From sequence record SRR20825006_2260: a stretch of 41,919 nt of DNA; one strand, written 5' to 3'. Numbering within the stretch: position 1 is the stretch's first letter; each line of letters begins with the position of its first letter. Below the pieces are notes generated by a model, which made no database searches, was not told the origin of the DNA, and saw only the letters and a list, made by a program, of their open reading frames with translations. Below are positions 9,172 to 19,470 of this stretch, in pieces. Made by a program: the position numbers and the translations under genes.

Positions 9172-10380
9172 ATGAAGACAAATCGAAGACGATTTCTTGG
9201 CCAAAGTTCCGCCGTTGTGTTGGGGGCAATGCCTTCGCTCGTCAGTCGGGCCGTGATGGCGGACGAAGGAACTCGGTCGGACCAAAACAGCAAGATCTTG
9301 GTTGTGATCCAGATGAGCGGAGGCAATGACGGAATCAACACGATCGTCCCTTACGCCGACGCAGGTTACGCAAAGCACCGCAAGAAACTGCGATTGCCGA
9401 CGGATCGCCTACTCAAGATTGACGACTCGATTGGGTTTCATCCCTCGATGCGTTCTGCGGCGGATCTGCTTGAACAATGCAAGCTTGGAATCGTTCAAGG
9501 TGTCGGCTATCCCAACCCGAGTCGGTCTCACGACACGAGCATGGCAATTTGGCACTCGGCTCGAGTTGGTGGCGAAGTCATGCTGCGATCTCATGGGTGG
9601 CTTGGCATGGCGATGGACACCGCCTGCAAGAAATCCGATGACCCAGAAATGATTCTGGTCGGTGACGAATCGCAACCGCTGGCCATCCAGAGTCGTCGCT
9701 CGACCGCTGTGACACTTTCGAGTCTGACCGATTTGCGACTTCGCTATCCTGCTGACGCTCAACGGATAACTAAGAGCGACCAAGCTTCCGAGTCCTCGCT
9801 TGCCCAATTCGTCGACCAAACGATGCAAAACGCGATTGCAACTGCCAGTGTATTGGAGCGGAACATCGAGGGTGGAACCGATGGTAGTGCCAAGTACCCA
9901 TCCACAAGACTCGGGCAGCGCATGCAAACCATTTCGACCATGATCAAAAGTGGTTTTCAAACACCCATCTACTACGCAATTCAAAGCGGCTACGACACCC
10001 ACGCGGCTCAATTGCCGTCGCACTCCCGGTTGTTACGAGAGCTTTTCGATGCCACCAAAGCATTTTTCGACGACGTTGAAGCATCAGGACTGTGTGACCA
10101 AGTGTGCGTGATGGGCTTCAGCGAATTCGGACGGCGAGTCGCAGAGAACAACTCCGAAGGAACCGACCATGGAGCGGCCGGCCCCGTCTTCCTCGCCGGC
10201 AGCCGAGTCCGATCTGGTCTGATTGGAACAACACCCGAGCTGAACGACCTCAACGATGGTGATCTGAAAATGAGCACTGATTTTCGCAACGTGTACCAGG
10301 ACGTCGCTCAGGCTTGGTTGGGTATCGTGGGATTGCAATGCGCAGAGTCTCCTTCTTCACTGAAGCTATTTGACGCGTAG
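9172..10380 (+). CDS. DUF1501 domain protein, Tat-exported
   Basis: NRRRFLG twin-arginine signal; LVVIQMSGGNDGINT, GVGYPNPSRSH, GYDTHAAQ, FSEFGRRVAEN, GTDHG, DFRNVY. Confidence 0.93.
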   Translation: MKTNRRRFLGQSSAVVLGAMPSLVSRAVMADEGTRSDQNSKILVVIQMSGGNDGINTIVPYADAGYAKHRKKLRLPTDRLLKIDDSIGFHPSMRSAADLLEQCKLGIVQGVGYPNPSRSHDTSMAIWHSARVGGEVMLRSHGWLGMAMDTACKKSDDPEMILVGDESQPLAIQSRRSTAVTLSSLTDLRLRYPADAQRITKSDQASESSLAQFVDQTMQNAIATASVLERNIEGGTDGSAKYPSTRLGQRMQTISTMIKSGFQTPIYYAIQSGYDTHAAQLPSHSRLLRELFDATKAFFDDVEASGLCDQVCVMGFSEFGRRVAENNSEGTDHGAAGPVFLAGSRVRSGLIGTTPELNDLNDGDLKMSTDFRNVYQDVAQAWLGIVGLQCAESPSSLKLFDA

Positions 10381-10467
10381 GGCAAGCTGACTCGGTCTGA
10401 GATTCCGACCGAAACTGCTTGAGCACCCACTCGCCCCAGCATCTGATTCCTTCGACAGTCCAAAGAG

Positions 10468-10914
10468 CTAGATATTGACACGCGATGAATCCATGGCAAG
10501 AACGGCTAGCAAGGTGACCGTCACGTCACCGAACATTGAGTCCAGCTTGTCCGCCAGCTGCTCGCCACGGTAGCGATCCTGGTTCTTCTCCGCGTACTTC
10601 TCCTTGAGATACTCGCGATAGAACGCAGTGACGTGGCTGACCAGCACGGGGGCGTTCTCTTGGTTGCTTTGAATCAGCCCCGAGCACGAGGCGTTCAGCA
10701 TCGCCAGCGATTGTTCTTCGATCGACGCCAGCGAGAAGTCGTCGGGCAGAGTCAGCCCACCAGCTTGGTAGGTCGCGATGAGAACGGCGTAGCGCGCTAG
10801 CGATTCAGTTGAATCGTTCCTGCCGAGATAGAAGTCCTTCCCGGCAATGGTGCAGACTGACTGGCCCGAGATGTGAAATCGACGGGCAGGCGCTTTTGCT
10901 TTTCGACGCGGCAT
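10468..10914 (-). pseudogene. Truncated tyrosine integrase (N-terminal part only)
   Basis: MPRRK...HISGQSVCTIAGKDFYLG..DS.ESLARYAVL matches planctomycete integrase N-termini as I recall them; GGGAG RBS; next to a tRNA 3' end; stops after 148 aa with no catalytic R-H-R-Y domain. Confidence 0.7.
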
Positions 10915-11056
10915 TGGTGGGATCTCCCGATTGCAAGCCGCAACGATCAAACCAAGGGTTTATCGGTACAACTTTTGAAATCAAACGGGGTCGCACACCT
11001 CTCGATGGTAACGCTCGAAAGCGTTTCGACCTGCAAAACACGGTGCTTTTCTACAA

Positions 11057-11130
<74 letters not shown>

Positions 11131-11361
11131 GTTGGAAAGATGGCGGGCAGCCAATTCGAAATCGGCCGCCACGACCTGCGACAGTATGCCGAGATTTGCT
11201 TGCGGTGGCAAGCCGGACAGAGCGACTTTCATTTGCTATCTTTTCGGGCTCGGTGACGAGATCGTTTTCGCGATTTCTCGGCCCATTACTTGATTCCAGA
11301 TGCGATCGCTCGCATTGGTTTTTTGGACGTTGTGTAACGGGCGTGTGGTTTTGTTCTGGGG

Positions 11362-13446
11362 ATGGATGTGAGTCGATTGAATCGCAGTTGCCTGCGTTGG
11401 AGCGTTTTGACTTTCGTATCGTTCGCGGCATTCGGATGGATTGCTCCGCGTGTCGATGCGGCGGGTTCGAGCAAGTACGCGCACAGCGATAGTGACAAAC
11501 GTTTCTTGCACCACATTGATCTCTACGACCGCAACAACCGCAAGATTTCGGCTGATTCGACGGAGCCCTACTCGGTTGAAAAGACCTGCGGACGATGCCA
11601 CGACTTTGAAACGATCTCGCACGGTTGGCACTTCAATGCTTTCGCCAGCGAGGTCGAACGCCAACGATCAATCGCTGATGCATCAGCAGAGTCGCAAGCC
11701 GACACCGACGAAACAGCCACCAACTCAAAATCCGTCGAGCAGTCAGACAAGGACACTGAGCCCGCCAAAACCGAAACCGTTCGGTCCGACGGTCGTCCGG
11801 GTGAGCCGTGGATTTGGACAGATGCTCGCACGGGGACTCAGTTGCCGCTTTCCTATCGAGACTGGGAAGGACGCTTCAGTCCTAGCGAAATTGGAATTTC
11901 AACTCATGAGATGACGGAAAAATTTGGTGCTCGGATTCCCGGGGGCGGAGTAGCAGCGAGTTGGGATCCAAATACATCGGAACTAGCCGAGAATTCATCC
12001 GAGCCAACTCGATGGCCGCTGACCGGGTCGCTGGAGATTGACTGCATGGCCTGTCATGCAAAGTCGGGAGCGTACGATTTCGAGCGTCGACGAGAAACAA
12101 TCGAAGATGAGAACTTCGCTTGGGCCCCCACCGCGGCGATCCGAATCGGCGAGGTGTCCGGTTCCGTTTCGCGAATGAAGGCCGGCGTAGATCTGGAGGA
12201 CGAAAAGGTCCAAGCCAAACTGCCAAAGGTTCAATACGACGATCGACGATTCGGCATCGACGGAACGGTCTTCTTTGACTTGGTACGCGTCCCCGAGAAC
12301 AACTCGTGCTATCAGTGCCACAGCCAGCGGACGGTATCCGACTCGGGCATCGACGCTCGGTGGAATCACGATCAAGACGTGCACTTGCGAGCTGGTATGA
12401 AATGCGTCGATTGCCATCGAAATGGCATCGATCATCAGACCGTTCGTGGCTTCGAAGGAGAACAACATCCCGCTGGTGTAGCGGCGACCACGTTGAGTTG
12501 CCGCGGATGCCACATGGGCGTTTCTGAACTAGCTGGCGAGGCGCACTCCGAAGACCATGATGATGCACTGTCGTTGACTCAGATTGCATTTCGGGCAGGT
12601 CGTCTCGGATCGCCATACCCTCAACACGAAGGTTTGCCGCCGGTCCACTTTGAAAAGCTAAGCTGCACGGCCTGTCACAGCGGTCCCATTCCAGGTGAAA
12701 AAGCAATTGGAATGATGACATCGCTGGCCCATGGCTTGGGCGAAAAAGGTCACCGCAGCGGATTGGAACTCCCGTCGATTCAAGGCCCCGTCTTTGCAAA
12801 GGCCGAGAGCAATGGATTGGTGACGCCGCACCGCGCGATGTGGCCGGCATACTGGGGCAAACTGGTCGACGGAAAGGTCATGCCGCTTTCGCCCGAGGAG
12901 GTCTACACCAATACCCGTCGTGCTCTTCGGGTTCGCAAGGATTTCATCGAGGAGCTGTCGAAAAAAGGACGCGAGGAGTTCGACGAAAAGGTAGCGAGCG
13001 GGTTGGAGGCGATTGAAAAAACGATGGAGGTCGAACAGGCGGTGTACGTTTCGACCGGACTCGTTTTCGCTCGTGGCGACGAGGAAGGTTCATTGGTCGA
13101 AGTGGAAGTCGAAAACCGAGATGCGGTCGAAATGGTTCGCTGGCCAATGGCCCACAACGTTCGACCGGCAGGCTGGGCTCTCGGGGCCACCGGTTGTCTG
13201 GAATGCCATTCCGATGATGGATTGGTGTTCACGTCAACGGTCACGCCAAAAGGTCCCGCACCAATTACCGCCGAGCCTATCAAAATGGCCAGCATTCAAG
13301 GACTGGATGAGGCAACACGATTGGAATGGAACCAATTGTTTGGGGGCCGCAAGATGTTCAAAGTCCTGACCGCCACCTCGTTGATCTTGTTATTGCTGGC
13401 AATCGCAGGAAGCTGCCTGCCAGCGGTTCGTTCGCGAACCGAGTAG
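11362..13446 (+). CDS. Exported multiheme (7 x CxxCH) cytochrome c with C-terminal membrane anchor, OTR-like
   Basis: CGRCH, CMACH, CYQCH, CVDCH, CRGCH, CTACH, CLECH; N-terminal signal peptide; C-terminal hydrophobic helix. Confidence 0.88.
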   Translation: MDVSRLNRSCLRWSVLTFVSFAAFGWIAPRVDAAGSSKYAHSDSDKRFLHHIDLYDRNNRKISADSTEPYSVEKTCGRCHDFETISHGWHFNAFASEVERQRSIADASAESQADTDETATNSKSVEQSDKDTEPAKTETVRSDGRPGEPWIWTDARTGTQLPLSYRDWEGRFSPSEIGISTHEMTEKFGARIPGGGVAASWDPNTSELAENSSEPTRWPLTGSLEIDCMACHAKSGAYDFERRRETIEDENFAWAPTAAIRIGEVSGSVSRMKAGVDLEDEKVQAKLPKVQYDDRRFGIDGTVFFDLVRVPENNSCYQCHSQRTVSDSGIDARWNHDQDVHLRAGMKCVDCHRNGIDHQTVRGFEGEQHPAGVAATTLSCRGCHMGVSELAGEAHSEDHDDALSLTQIAFRAGRLGSPYPQHEGLPPVHFEKLSCTACHSGPIPGEKAIGMMTSLAHGLGEKGHRSGLELPSIQGPVFAKAESNGLVTPHRAMWPAYWGKLVDGKVMPLSPEEVYTNTRRALRVRKDFIEELSKKGREEFDEKVASGLEAIEKTMEVEQAVYVSTGLVFARGDEEGSLVEVEVENRDAVEMVRWPMAHNVRPAGWALGATGCLECHSDDGLVFTSTVTPKGPAPITAEPIKMASIQGLDEATRLEWNQLFGGRKMFKVLTATSLILLLLAIAGSCLPAVRSRTE

Positions 13447-13507
13447 ACGGTGGCGAAAGCACGAATAGACGTCGCCAAAAAGGTTGTTTGAGTTGTTTTG
13501 TTTCTGA

Positions 13508-13939
13508 TTGGTCCCGGAGTCGCCTACCTTGTTGTCTCTCATTCGAAACGTGTCGCTGCTAGTGTTGGTGATCGCCACGGGTGCCTTGGTCGCCACGGCG
13601 CTACCGACATTGTGGGGTGGCCACTTGGGCGGTGCGACATTGCGTTTTCATATGATGGCCAGTGGTGCCGTCGTGGTGTTGCTTCCCGTATACGCAATCA
13701 CACGATTGTTGATGCGGCGGCAACCGGCAACGGAATCAGCCTTGGAGATGGGGGCGTTTCGAACCTTGCTGGTTTTTGGAATTACAACCATCGCGACCAT
13801 GTTCGTTTGCATGTTGCCGGTCGCCTCGACCGACACCATGCATGAACTGGTGGAACTGCACGGCTGGGCCGGGTTTGCCATGGCGGCCGCAATCGCTGCG
13901 GTCGTTTACACCACGTTCACGCGTGAGAAGACGGCCTGA
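13508..13939 (+). CDS. Four-TM membrane protein, possibly cytochrome b-like partner of the multiheme cytochrome
   Basis: Four hydrophobic segments with His near helix starts (LRFHMMASG, VELHGWAG); directly downstream on the same strand; start uncertain. Confidence 0.65.
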   Translation: MVPESPTLLSLIRNVSLLVLVIATGALVATALPTLWGGHLGGATLRFHMMASGAVVVLLPVYAITRLLMRRQPATESALEMGAFRTLLVFGITTIATMFVCMLPVASTDTMHELVELHGWAGFAMAAAIAAVVYTTFTREKTA

Positions 13940-13975
13940 CGTCTGACGGTTCAACCGATTGGTTTTGCGAATGGA

Positions 13976-15448
13976 CTAGCGGTTGGGCGTGGCGTTCCCA
14001 CGTTGCCCCGCCTTTCCAAGCGGGTGCCACTTCTCGACGGGCTTTGTATCATTGCCCTCGTACTCTTCACCAGCGTGACTGGCCTTCGCCGACTCCAGAA
14101 ACCCCAGCAGTTCCGTTCTCAACGATGCGGTCAACTCCGGCTTTTGATCCGCAAGGTTGTTTGATTCCGAAACGTCCTTGCTGAGATCGAACAATCGATC
14201 CTCTGAGTCGTCGTTTGGTGACTCGATGATCAGCTTGTGTTTGCCCCTCACCAAGCAAGCGAATTGTCCGTAGCGAAACGGAATCGACTTTTCTCTTTGT
14301 GTCTGTTCACCTTTCCATACCGGCAATACGTTTTCGCCATCCAGCAAACGATTCGGTAGAGTTTCAGCTCCCGTGATTGCGGCAACGGTGGGAAGCAAGT
14401 CCATCACCGACAATGGGGCATCGAGACGAACACCCGCCGGAATCTGCCCGGGCCAGTGAACAAACGCGGGGACTCGAACACCACCATCCAATACGCTTCG
14501 TTTTCGACCGGAAAACTCTCCTGCACTGCCGGCACGACGTGTCTTCATCCGGTTGCTGGGCTCTCCTCCTTCGGGACCATTGTCGCTGCAGAAAAACAGC
14601 AACGTGTTGTCGGCAACGCCAAGTGAAGCGAGCTTTTTGCGAAGGCGTCCGACTTGATCGTCCACCGCGGTGATACATCCATAGTAATGGGCTGCCTCGC
14701 CGTGCCCCTCATACTTCGCCAAGTACTCTGGACCGGCTTGAATATCCTCGTGCGGAGCATGAAACCAAATCACACTGAGAAAGGGTTGGTCACGTTTCGC
14801 GGCTGCCTCGATGAATGGCAAAGCTCGATCCATCAGGACTCGCGAATCGCACCCCAAGACGTTCTCATCCGTCGCGACGCCATTCTCGTAGTACGGATTG
14901 TTGCGAGCTCGTTTGCCAATGCCGGGATCCCACGTGCACACGGCGGACTCCGTCACGAAGGACGCGTCGTAGTCTCGTTCCCACGGCGGGGCGTAGTGCA
15001 GATCTGGTCGTCGTCCCATTCCCTTTGCCGACACAGTGCGACTGAGTGTTCCGAGGTGCCACTTCCCAAAGTGCCCTGTCGTATAGCCGTGCGTTTTCAG
15101 CATTCGAGCCAGGGTGAATTCCTGCGATGGCAAGTGACCTTTGTTGGCCGTCCAAATTCCCATTCGAAAGTAGTGCCGCCCAGTCAAGAACGATGCCCGG
15201 GTTGGCGAACAAACGGGACCAACGGAATAAAAGTGATCGAGCACCGTTCCTTCGTTTGCCAACGCATCCAATTCGGGCGTTTGGATAGTTGTGTTGCCAT
15301 TGAACCCCGTGTCGCCCCACCCCAAGTCATCGCACATCATCAAGACGATGTTGGGATGTTCGCTCGCCGAAACGAACTGTCCACCAAGCAATGTTGAGAC
15401 CACCGTGATCAAAAACATGCGGATCGGAATCGGATGGAATGATGGCAT
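13976..15448 (-). CDS. Formylglycine-dependent sulfatase (S1 family), exported
   Basis: PNIVLMMCDDLGWGD, CSPTRASFLTGR, GKWHLG, SDNG, GRKRSVLDGGVRVP; signal peptide. Confidence 0.95.
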   Translation of the reverse strand: MPSFHPIPIRMFLITVVSTLLGGQFVSASEHPNIVLMMCDDLGWGDTGFNGNTTIQTPELDALANEGTVLDHFYSVGPVCSPTRASFLTGRHYFRMGIWTANKGHLPSQEFTLARMLKTHGYTTGHFGKWHLGTLSRTVSAKGMGRRPDLHYAPPWERDYDASFVTESAVCTWDPGIGKRARNNPYYENGVATDENVLGCDSRVLMDRALPFIEAAAKRDQPFLSVIWFHAPHEDIQAGPEYLAKYEGHGEAAHYYGCITAVDDQVGRLRKKLASLGVADNTLLFFCSDNGPEGGEPSNRMKTRRAGSAGEFSGRKRSVLDGGVRVPAFVHWPGQIPAGVRLDAPLSVMDLLPTVAAITGAETLPNRLLDGENVLPVWKGEQTQREKSIPFRYGQFACLVRGKHKLIIESPNDDSEDRLFDLSKDVSESNNLADQKPELTASLRTELLGFLESAKASHAGEEYEGNDTKPVEKWHPLGKAGQRGNATPNR

Positions 15449-15511
15449 GACGAGATCGGGATCGTGGGGATTGTCAGCGACGGCGGGAAGAAATTCAGGA
15501 TTCAGCCGAAC

Positions 15512-16816
15512 TCAAGCGTCGAAAAGTTCTTCAATGATACCCGTCGAGTCACCGAATGTGTCTGTTCGAATGCCCGCACCACGCAGGGTACTGAGCCACA
15601 AATTGCATAGTGGCGTTTTTGGGTCGTCCATCACCAAGTGACGGCCATGGCGGAACCCCGCACCTCCACCCGCGATCAGTGTGGGGCAGTTTTTGAGAGT
15701 GTGCACCGAACTGAGGTTCGTCCCCAACGTGATCGCGACATTGTCGAAGAGGCTGGAACCATCCGGTTCCGTGCTCGCCTTTAGCTTGTCCATGAACTCC
15801 GATAACAAGCGTGCATGGGCCGTGTCACGATTCTGCGACACGGTCCGGCGTTCACCCTCGGAGTAATGACTCATGCTGTGCGCGCTCATCGTCGCGCCGA
15901 GACTGGAGATCATCGAATTGACCGGCATCCGATACGTGAAAACTCGCGTTGCATCGACCTGCATCGCCAAGACCATGATGTCATACATCATGCGAATTTC
16001 TTCAACGCCCTCCAGCGATTCGCCGGGTTCACGAATCGCATCCTGAGGCCGCTTCTTTTCGACACCCAACCATTTTTCTTCCTTGGACAATCGGACTTCG
16101 ATTTCGCGAATGGATTGGAAGTATTCGTCCAATTTCGCGTTGTCAGAAGTGTTGAGTTTCCGGTGGATTGACTTGGCATCTGAAAGCACCGTGTCGAGGA
16201 CGCTGCGTTGTTCGGTCAGACGTTGCTGCTGAACCTCAAGCGGTGTTTTGTCGACGGAAAACAAGCGATGAAATGCAGCCACAGGAGTCTCCAAACCGGC
16301 AATCGGTTTTCCCGAGCGGTTCCACGCCAGCGATCCGCCAGGACCGTGACCATCATTCGCGGCACCTCGAGCGGCGAGCTGGATCGAAGTGAAACGCGTT
16401 TGTTGTCCGAGGACTTCGGCGGCAACCTGATCAACCGAAACCGTGTTGTGAAAACTCTGGCCGGGAATCGCATAGCGGTTTGCCCCGGTTAGCCAAAACG
16501 TGCTTCCGGAGTGACCGTCCGCAGAGTATTGGTGCATTAGGTTTTGAACGATCGTGATGTCCTTCTGGTGCTTGGCAAGCGGACGAAGGATCTTGGGCAA
16601 CTCATAGTTCTCGCCCACCGTGGTGGTGTCGGGGTACCAGCGATCGGCTGTGACACCAAACCCCATCCCCAAGAACACCATGCGTTTCGCGGGAGCGACC
16701 GCCGCCGTCGCCGCACTCGCAAAGCGTTTGAATCCAAACGACTCCAACATTGGCAGTGCGATCAAGGCACTGCTGCTGCGAAGAAAGCCACGACGGGATG
16801 GACGAATGGATCTCAT
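15512..16816 (-). CDS. DUF1552 domain protein, Tat-type signal
   Basis: SRRGFLR..ALIALPMLES, SVDQVAA, KLDEYFQSIREIEVRL, D.TRVFT, H.MSH, PLCNLWLS; start placed at ATG 16816. Confidence 0.9.
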   Translation of the reverse strand: MRSIRPSRRGFLRSSSALIALPMLESFGFKRFASAATAAVAPAKRMVFLGMGFGVTADRWYPDTTTVGENYELPKILRPLAKHQKDITIVQNLMHQYSADGHSGSTFWLTGANRYAIPGQSFHNTVSVDQVAAEVLGQQTRFTSIQLAARGAANDGHGPGGSLAWNRSGKPIAGLETPVAAFHRLFSVDKTPLEVQQQRLTEQRSVLDTVLSDAKSIHRKLNTSDNAKLDEYFQSIREIEVRLSKEEKWLGVEKKRPQDAIREPGESLEGVEEIRMMYDIMVLAMQVDATRVFTYRMPVNSMISSLGATMSAHSMSHYSEGERRTVSQNRDTAHARLLSEFMDKLKASTEPDGSSLFDNVAITLGTNLSSVHTLKNCPTLIAGGGAGFRHGRHLVMDDPKTPLCNLWLSTLRGAGIRTDTFGDSTGIIEELFDA

Positions 16817-16885
16817 GAGTGATGCTTTGTTGGGGATGGAAACGCGGGAAAGGCATGTTGCCGGCGAGTGATTCGATGAGCAATT

Positions 16886-16911
16886 GAAAAAAGTACCTGA
16901 CCCCTTTTTCC
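16886..16911. repeat. Short palindromic dispersed-repeat candidate (AAAAAGTACCTGACCCCTTTTT)
   Basis: GAAAAAAG-TACCTGACCC-CTTTTTC hairpin between the DUF1592 and DUF1552 genes; resembles a motif I recall as dispersed in planctomycete genomes. Confidence 0.5.
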
Positions 16912-16920
16912 GAGTTCCGC

Positions 16921-19470
16921 TCAACGAGTTTGGAATTCGGGGGACTGAACCAGCGCGTGAATGAACTGGCGGATCAAAAGGTTGTGCTGTTTTGCTTGAG
17001 AGCTGATTTGGTTCGCGAGTTCCTGATCGGTGAACCCGAACGGACGGCCGAGACCGTATGCGATCAAGGCCTCCGTGAACCCGCGAGCGAATGCGTCTTT
17101 GTGTTGTGCAACCGCGTCACGCAATTCAAAGAAGTTCGCGAACGATTGTCCGTTTGGCAGTTTGCCGGACGGTTCAATGTCGAAACGGACTTCGTCGTCC
17201 CAACGACCATAGCGACGCCGGCCCACCCCAATCACTTCCTGATCTCTCCACCGGCCCGCGGCGTCAAAGTTTTCGAGTCCAAACCCGATCGGATCAATTT
17301 TCTGATGGCAGTTGGCACACTGAGGTTGTTCCTGGTGAGCACGAGCCAACTCACGCGCCGGCAATGTCTCGCCGGCCAATCGGCTGAGTTGAGGAACATT
17401 CGGTGGGGCTGGCGGAGGCGGATCGTTCAGCAAGTGACGAAGCACCCAAGCACCGCGTTCAACTGGCGATGATCGCTGGCCGTCCGATCCCATCGCCAAC
17501 ACCGCGGCGGTACCGAGCAAGCCACCACGGAGTGAATCTTGCGGAACCGAAACCTTGCGAAACTCATGCCCCTCGACGCCTTCGATCTCATAGTATCCCG
17601 CCAACAAATCGTTAATGACTACGAAATCAGCCTTCAATAGTTTGTCGAGCGGCAAATCATTCTCGAGCAAGTGAGAAAACGTTTCAAACAGTTCCTGCCG
17701 AGCGTTCTCGCGAACGGCATTGTCGAAATTTGGAAAGTCGACTCCGTCGAATTGGAACATGTCGAGTCGTTCCATCTGCAACCATTGATGAACGAAACCT
17801 TCGATGAATGCTCTAGAGCGAGAGTCTCGAAGCAAACGTTCGGTTTGAGATGCCAAAATCGATGGATCGGAAAGCCGACCTGATTCCGCCAGCCGCAACA
17901 GTTCGTCATCCGGAGGTGCTGACCACAAGAAATAGGACAGCCTCACCGCCAGTTCGCTGGGTGACAATTCGCGACCATTCGCCGATTCCGATTGTTCGAC
18001 CTGATACAGAAAACTTGGCGAAGCCAACACGATCGAGAGCGGCGAGATCAACGCTTCAGTAAACGGTTGGCCTTGATCGCGTGCCGTTTGATAGTGCTGG
18101 TTCAAACGCTGCAGATAACCTTCGTCAGGCTGAGATCCGCGAAAAGCCCGCGCCGCAAAACGCCGGATGACTTGGCGAGCGTACTCCGACTCATCCATGT
18201 CGCTTGGTCGTTCAAACAAGATTGAATCACGAGCAGTTTCGATGGCGATGGTTTGATCCGACGGCAAAGGACCATGCAGCTCGACCCAATCGATCCAGAT
18301 CCCAGGAGGCGTGCCGATTCCATTGTCCCACATGTCCAGCGTCGCCAGGTTCTTGTCGCCTCGATCTTGATGAGAACGTTGATGAACCCAAACTTGTTGC
18401 TTGGCACCGGGTTCGTGCGTGAACTCAAAGTCAATCGTTTGAGGATCTTCCATCGGGGCGGTGACCTTGCGCCACCCCAGCAGTTTACGACCGGTTCCCA
18501 ATCCCGAACTGAATTCCAAGTAGTGGTGCCGCTCATCGGCATCGGGGTACATGGCAGCCCGGACCTTCACGAGGTACTTGCCGTCCGCATCAGGATGCTG
18601 GGTTGGCAATTTGACTTTTGTGTACCCGCCTTGCTTGATCGTCATGATCAACGTGATCCCGGTTTGTGTCTCCGGACGGGCCAAGTAGTTCTCCATCAAC
18701 GGCAGCCACTCTTGCACCTTTTGCTTCTTGGCTTGGTATTCATCCAACAATCCAAACTCAGAAGCGGGCTTTTCTGATTGCGACAAAAATGCGTTGGCGC
18801 GTTTGCCCATGTCGCGCATTTGCTCAGCCGCGTCGGCGTAGTGCTGCGTGTAGTACTCTTCCGGTTCGATGCGAACGGTTTTGGCGGTGGGGTGTTTTCG
18901 AGACAACATGATGAGTTTCAAATTCTCAATCGCTGTCGCGTGATACTGTTCGATTTGGTCACTGGACAAAAACAGCGAGGCACCTGCGGTGTCGAACCCC
19001 GCCGTGGCTTGATCGTCCGGCAAAGTGGTGACGTCCGGTCGCACACCCAACAACGCTTCCACCGTATTGGCATACTCACGACGATTCAGACGCCGCATCA
19101 CGATGTCGCCGCCCGAGTCGCTTAGGATTCGCCTCGCGGTGACCATCTTCTCTGACAAGTCTTCCAAGAACGCCAATTTGTCAGTGTCGAGCAGAGGCTC
19201 TGAATCTTCCGGCGGCATCTCCCCGGAGTTCAACGCTCCCAAAACTTTCGACCAAAGCTCCGCCGTCGCCATGTTTTCGGCCACGTTCATCGACAGGCTT
19301 TCCAAGTCAATGTTGGCTTCTTTGGTCGCACTGTCGTGACAATCGAAGCAGTGGCTTTCCAAAAGCTCTGCATGACGACTCGGCATCTCAGTGCTGAGAC
19401 GCTCTTCTGCGGCCGCAGCGTGGCAGGTGACCGCGAAAAGCAAAGCGAACGAAATTCGTTGAATGAGCAT
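16921..19470 (-). CDS. Planctomycete cytochrome c / DUF1587-DUF1595-DUF1592-DUF1588-DUF1585 domain protein
   Basis: HCFDCH, GEMPP, RRLNRREYANT, LASPSFLY, ELAVRLSYFLWSAPPD, SSPVERGAW, PPPAPPNVP, CANCH..IDPIGFGLENFD, SPEFQ. Confidence 0.93.
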   Translation of the reverse strand: MLIQRISFALLFAVTCHAAAAEERLSTEMPSRHAELLESHCFDCHDSATKEANIDLESLSMNVAENMATAELWSKVLGALNSGEMPPEDSEPLLDTDKLAFLEDLSEKMVTARRILSDSGGDIVMRRLNRREYANTVEALLGVRPDVTTLPDDQATAGFDTAGASLFLSSDQIEQYHATAIENLKLIMLSRKHPTAKTVRIEPEEYYTQHYADAAEQMRDMGKRANAFLSQSEKPASEFGLLDEYQAKKQKVQEWLPLMENYLARPETQTGITLIMTIKQGGYTKVKLPTQHPDADGKYLVKVRAAMYPDADERHHYLEFSSGLGTGRKLLGWRKVTAPMEDPQTIDFEFTHEPGAKQQVWVHQRSHQDRGDKNLATLDMWDNGIGTPPGIWIDWVELHGPLPSDQTIAIETARDSILFERPSDMDESEYARQVIRRFAARAFRGSQPDEGYLQRLNQHYQTARDQGQPFTEALISPLSIVLASPSFLYQVEQSESANGRELSPSELAVRLSYFLWSAPPDDELLRLAESGRLSDPSILASQTERLLRDSRSRAFIEGFVHQWLQMERLDMFQFDGVDFPNFDNAVRENARQELFETFSHLLENDLPLDKLLKADFVVINDLLAGYYEIEGVEGHEFRKVSVPQDSLRGGLLGTAAVLAMGSDGQRSSPVERGAWVLRHLLNDPPPPAPPNVPQLSRLAGETLPARELARAHQEQPQCANCHQKIDPIGFGLENFDAAGRWRDQEVIGVGRRRYGRWDDEVRFDIEPSGKLPNGQSFANFFELRDAVAQHKDAFARGFTEALIAYGLGRPFGFTDQELANQISSQAKQHNLLIRQFIHALVQSPEFQTR

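Noticed and set aside
11882-12850. 322-aa minus-strand ORF
   Set aside because: Arg/Pro/Ser-rich shadow of the multiheme cytochrome
16817-16924. N-terminal extension of the DUF1552 ORF (MSGTRKKGSGTFF...)
   Set aside because: Reads through the intergenic palindrome; the Tat motif fits a start at 16816
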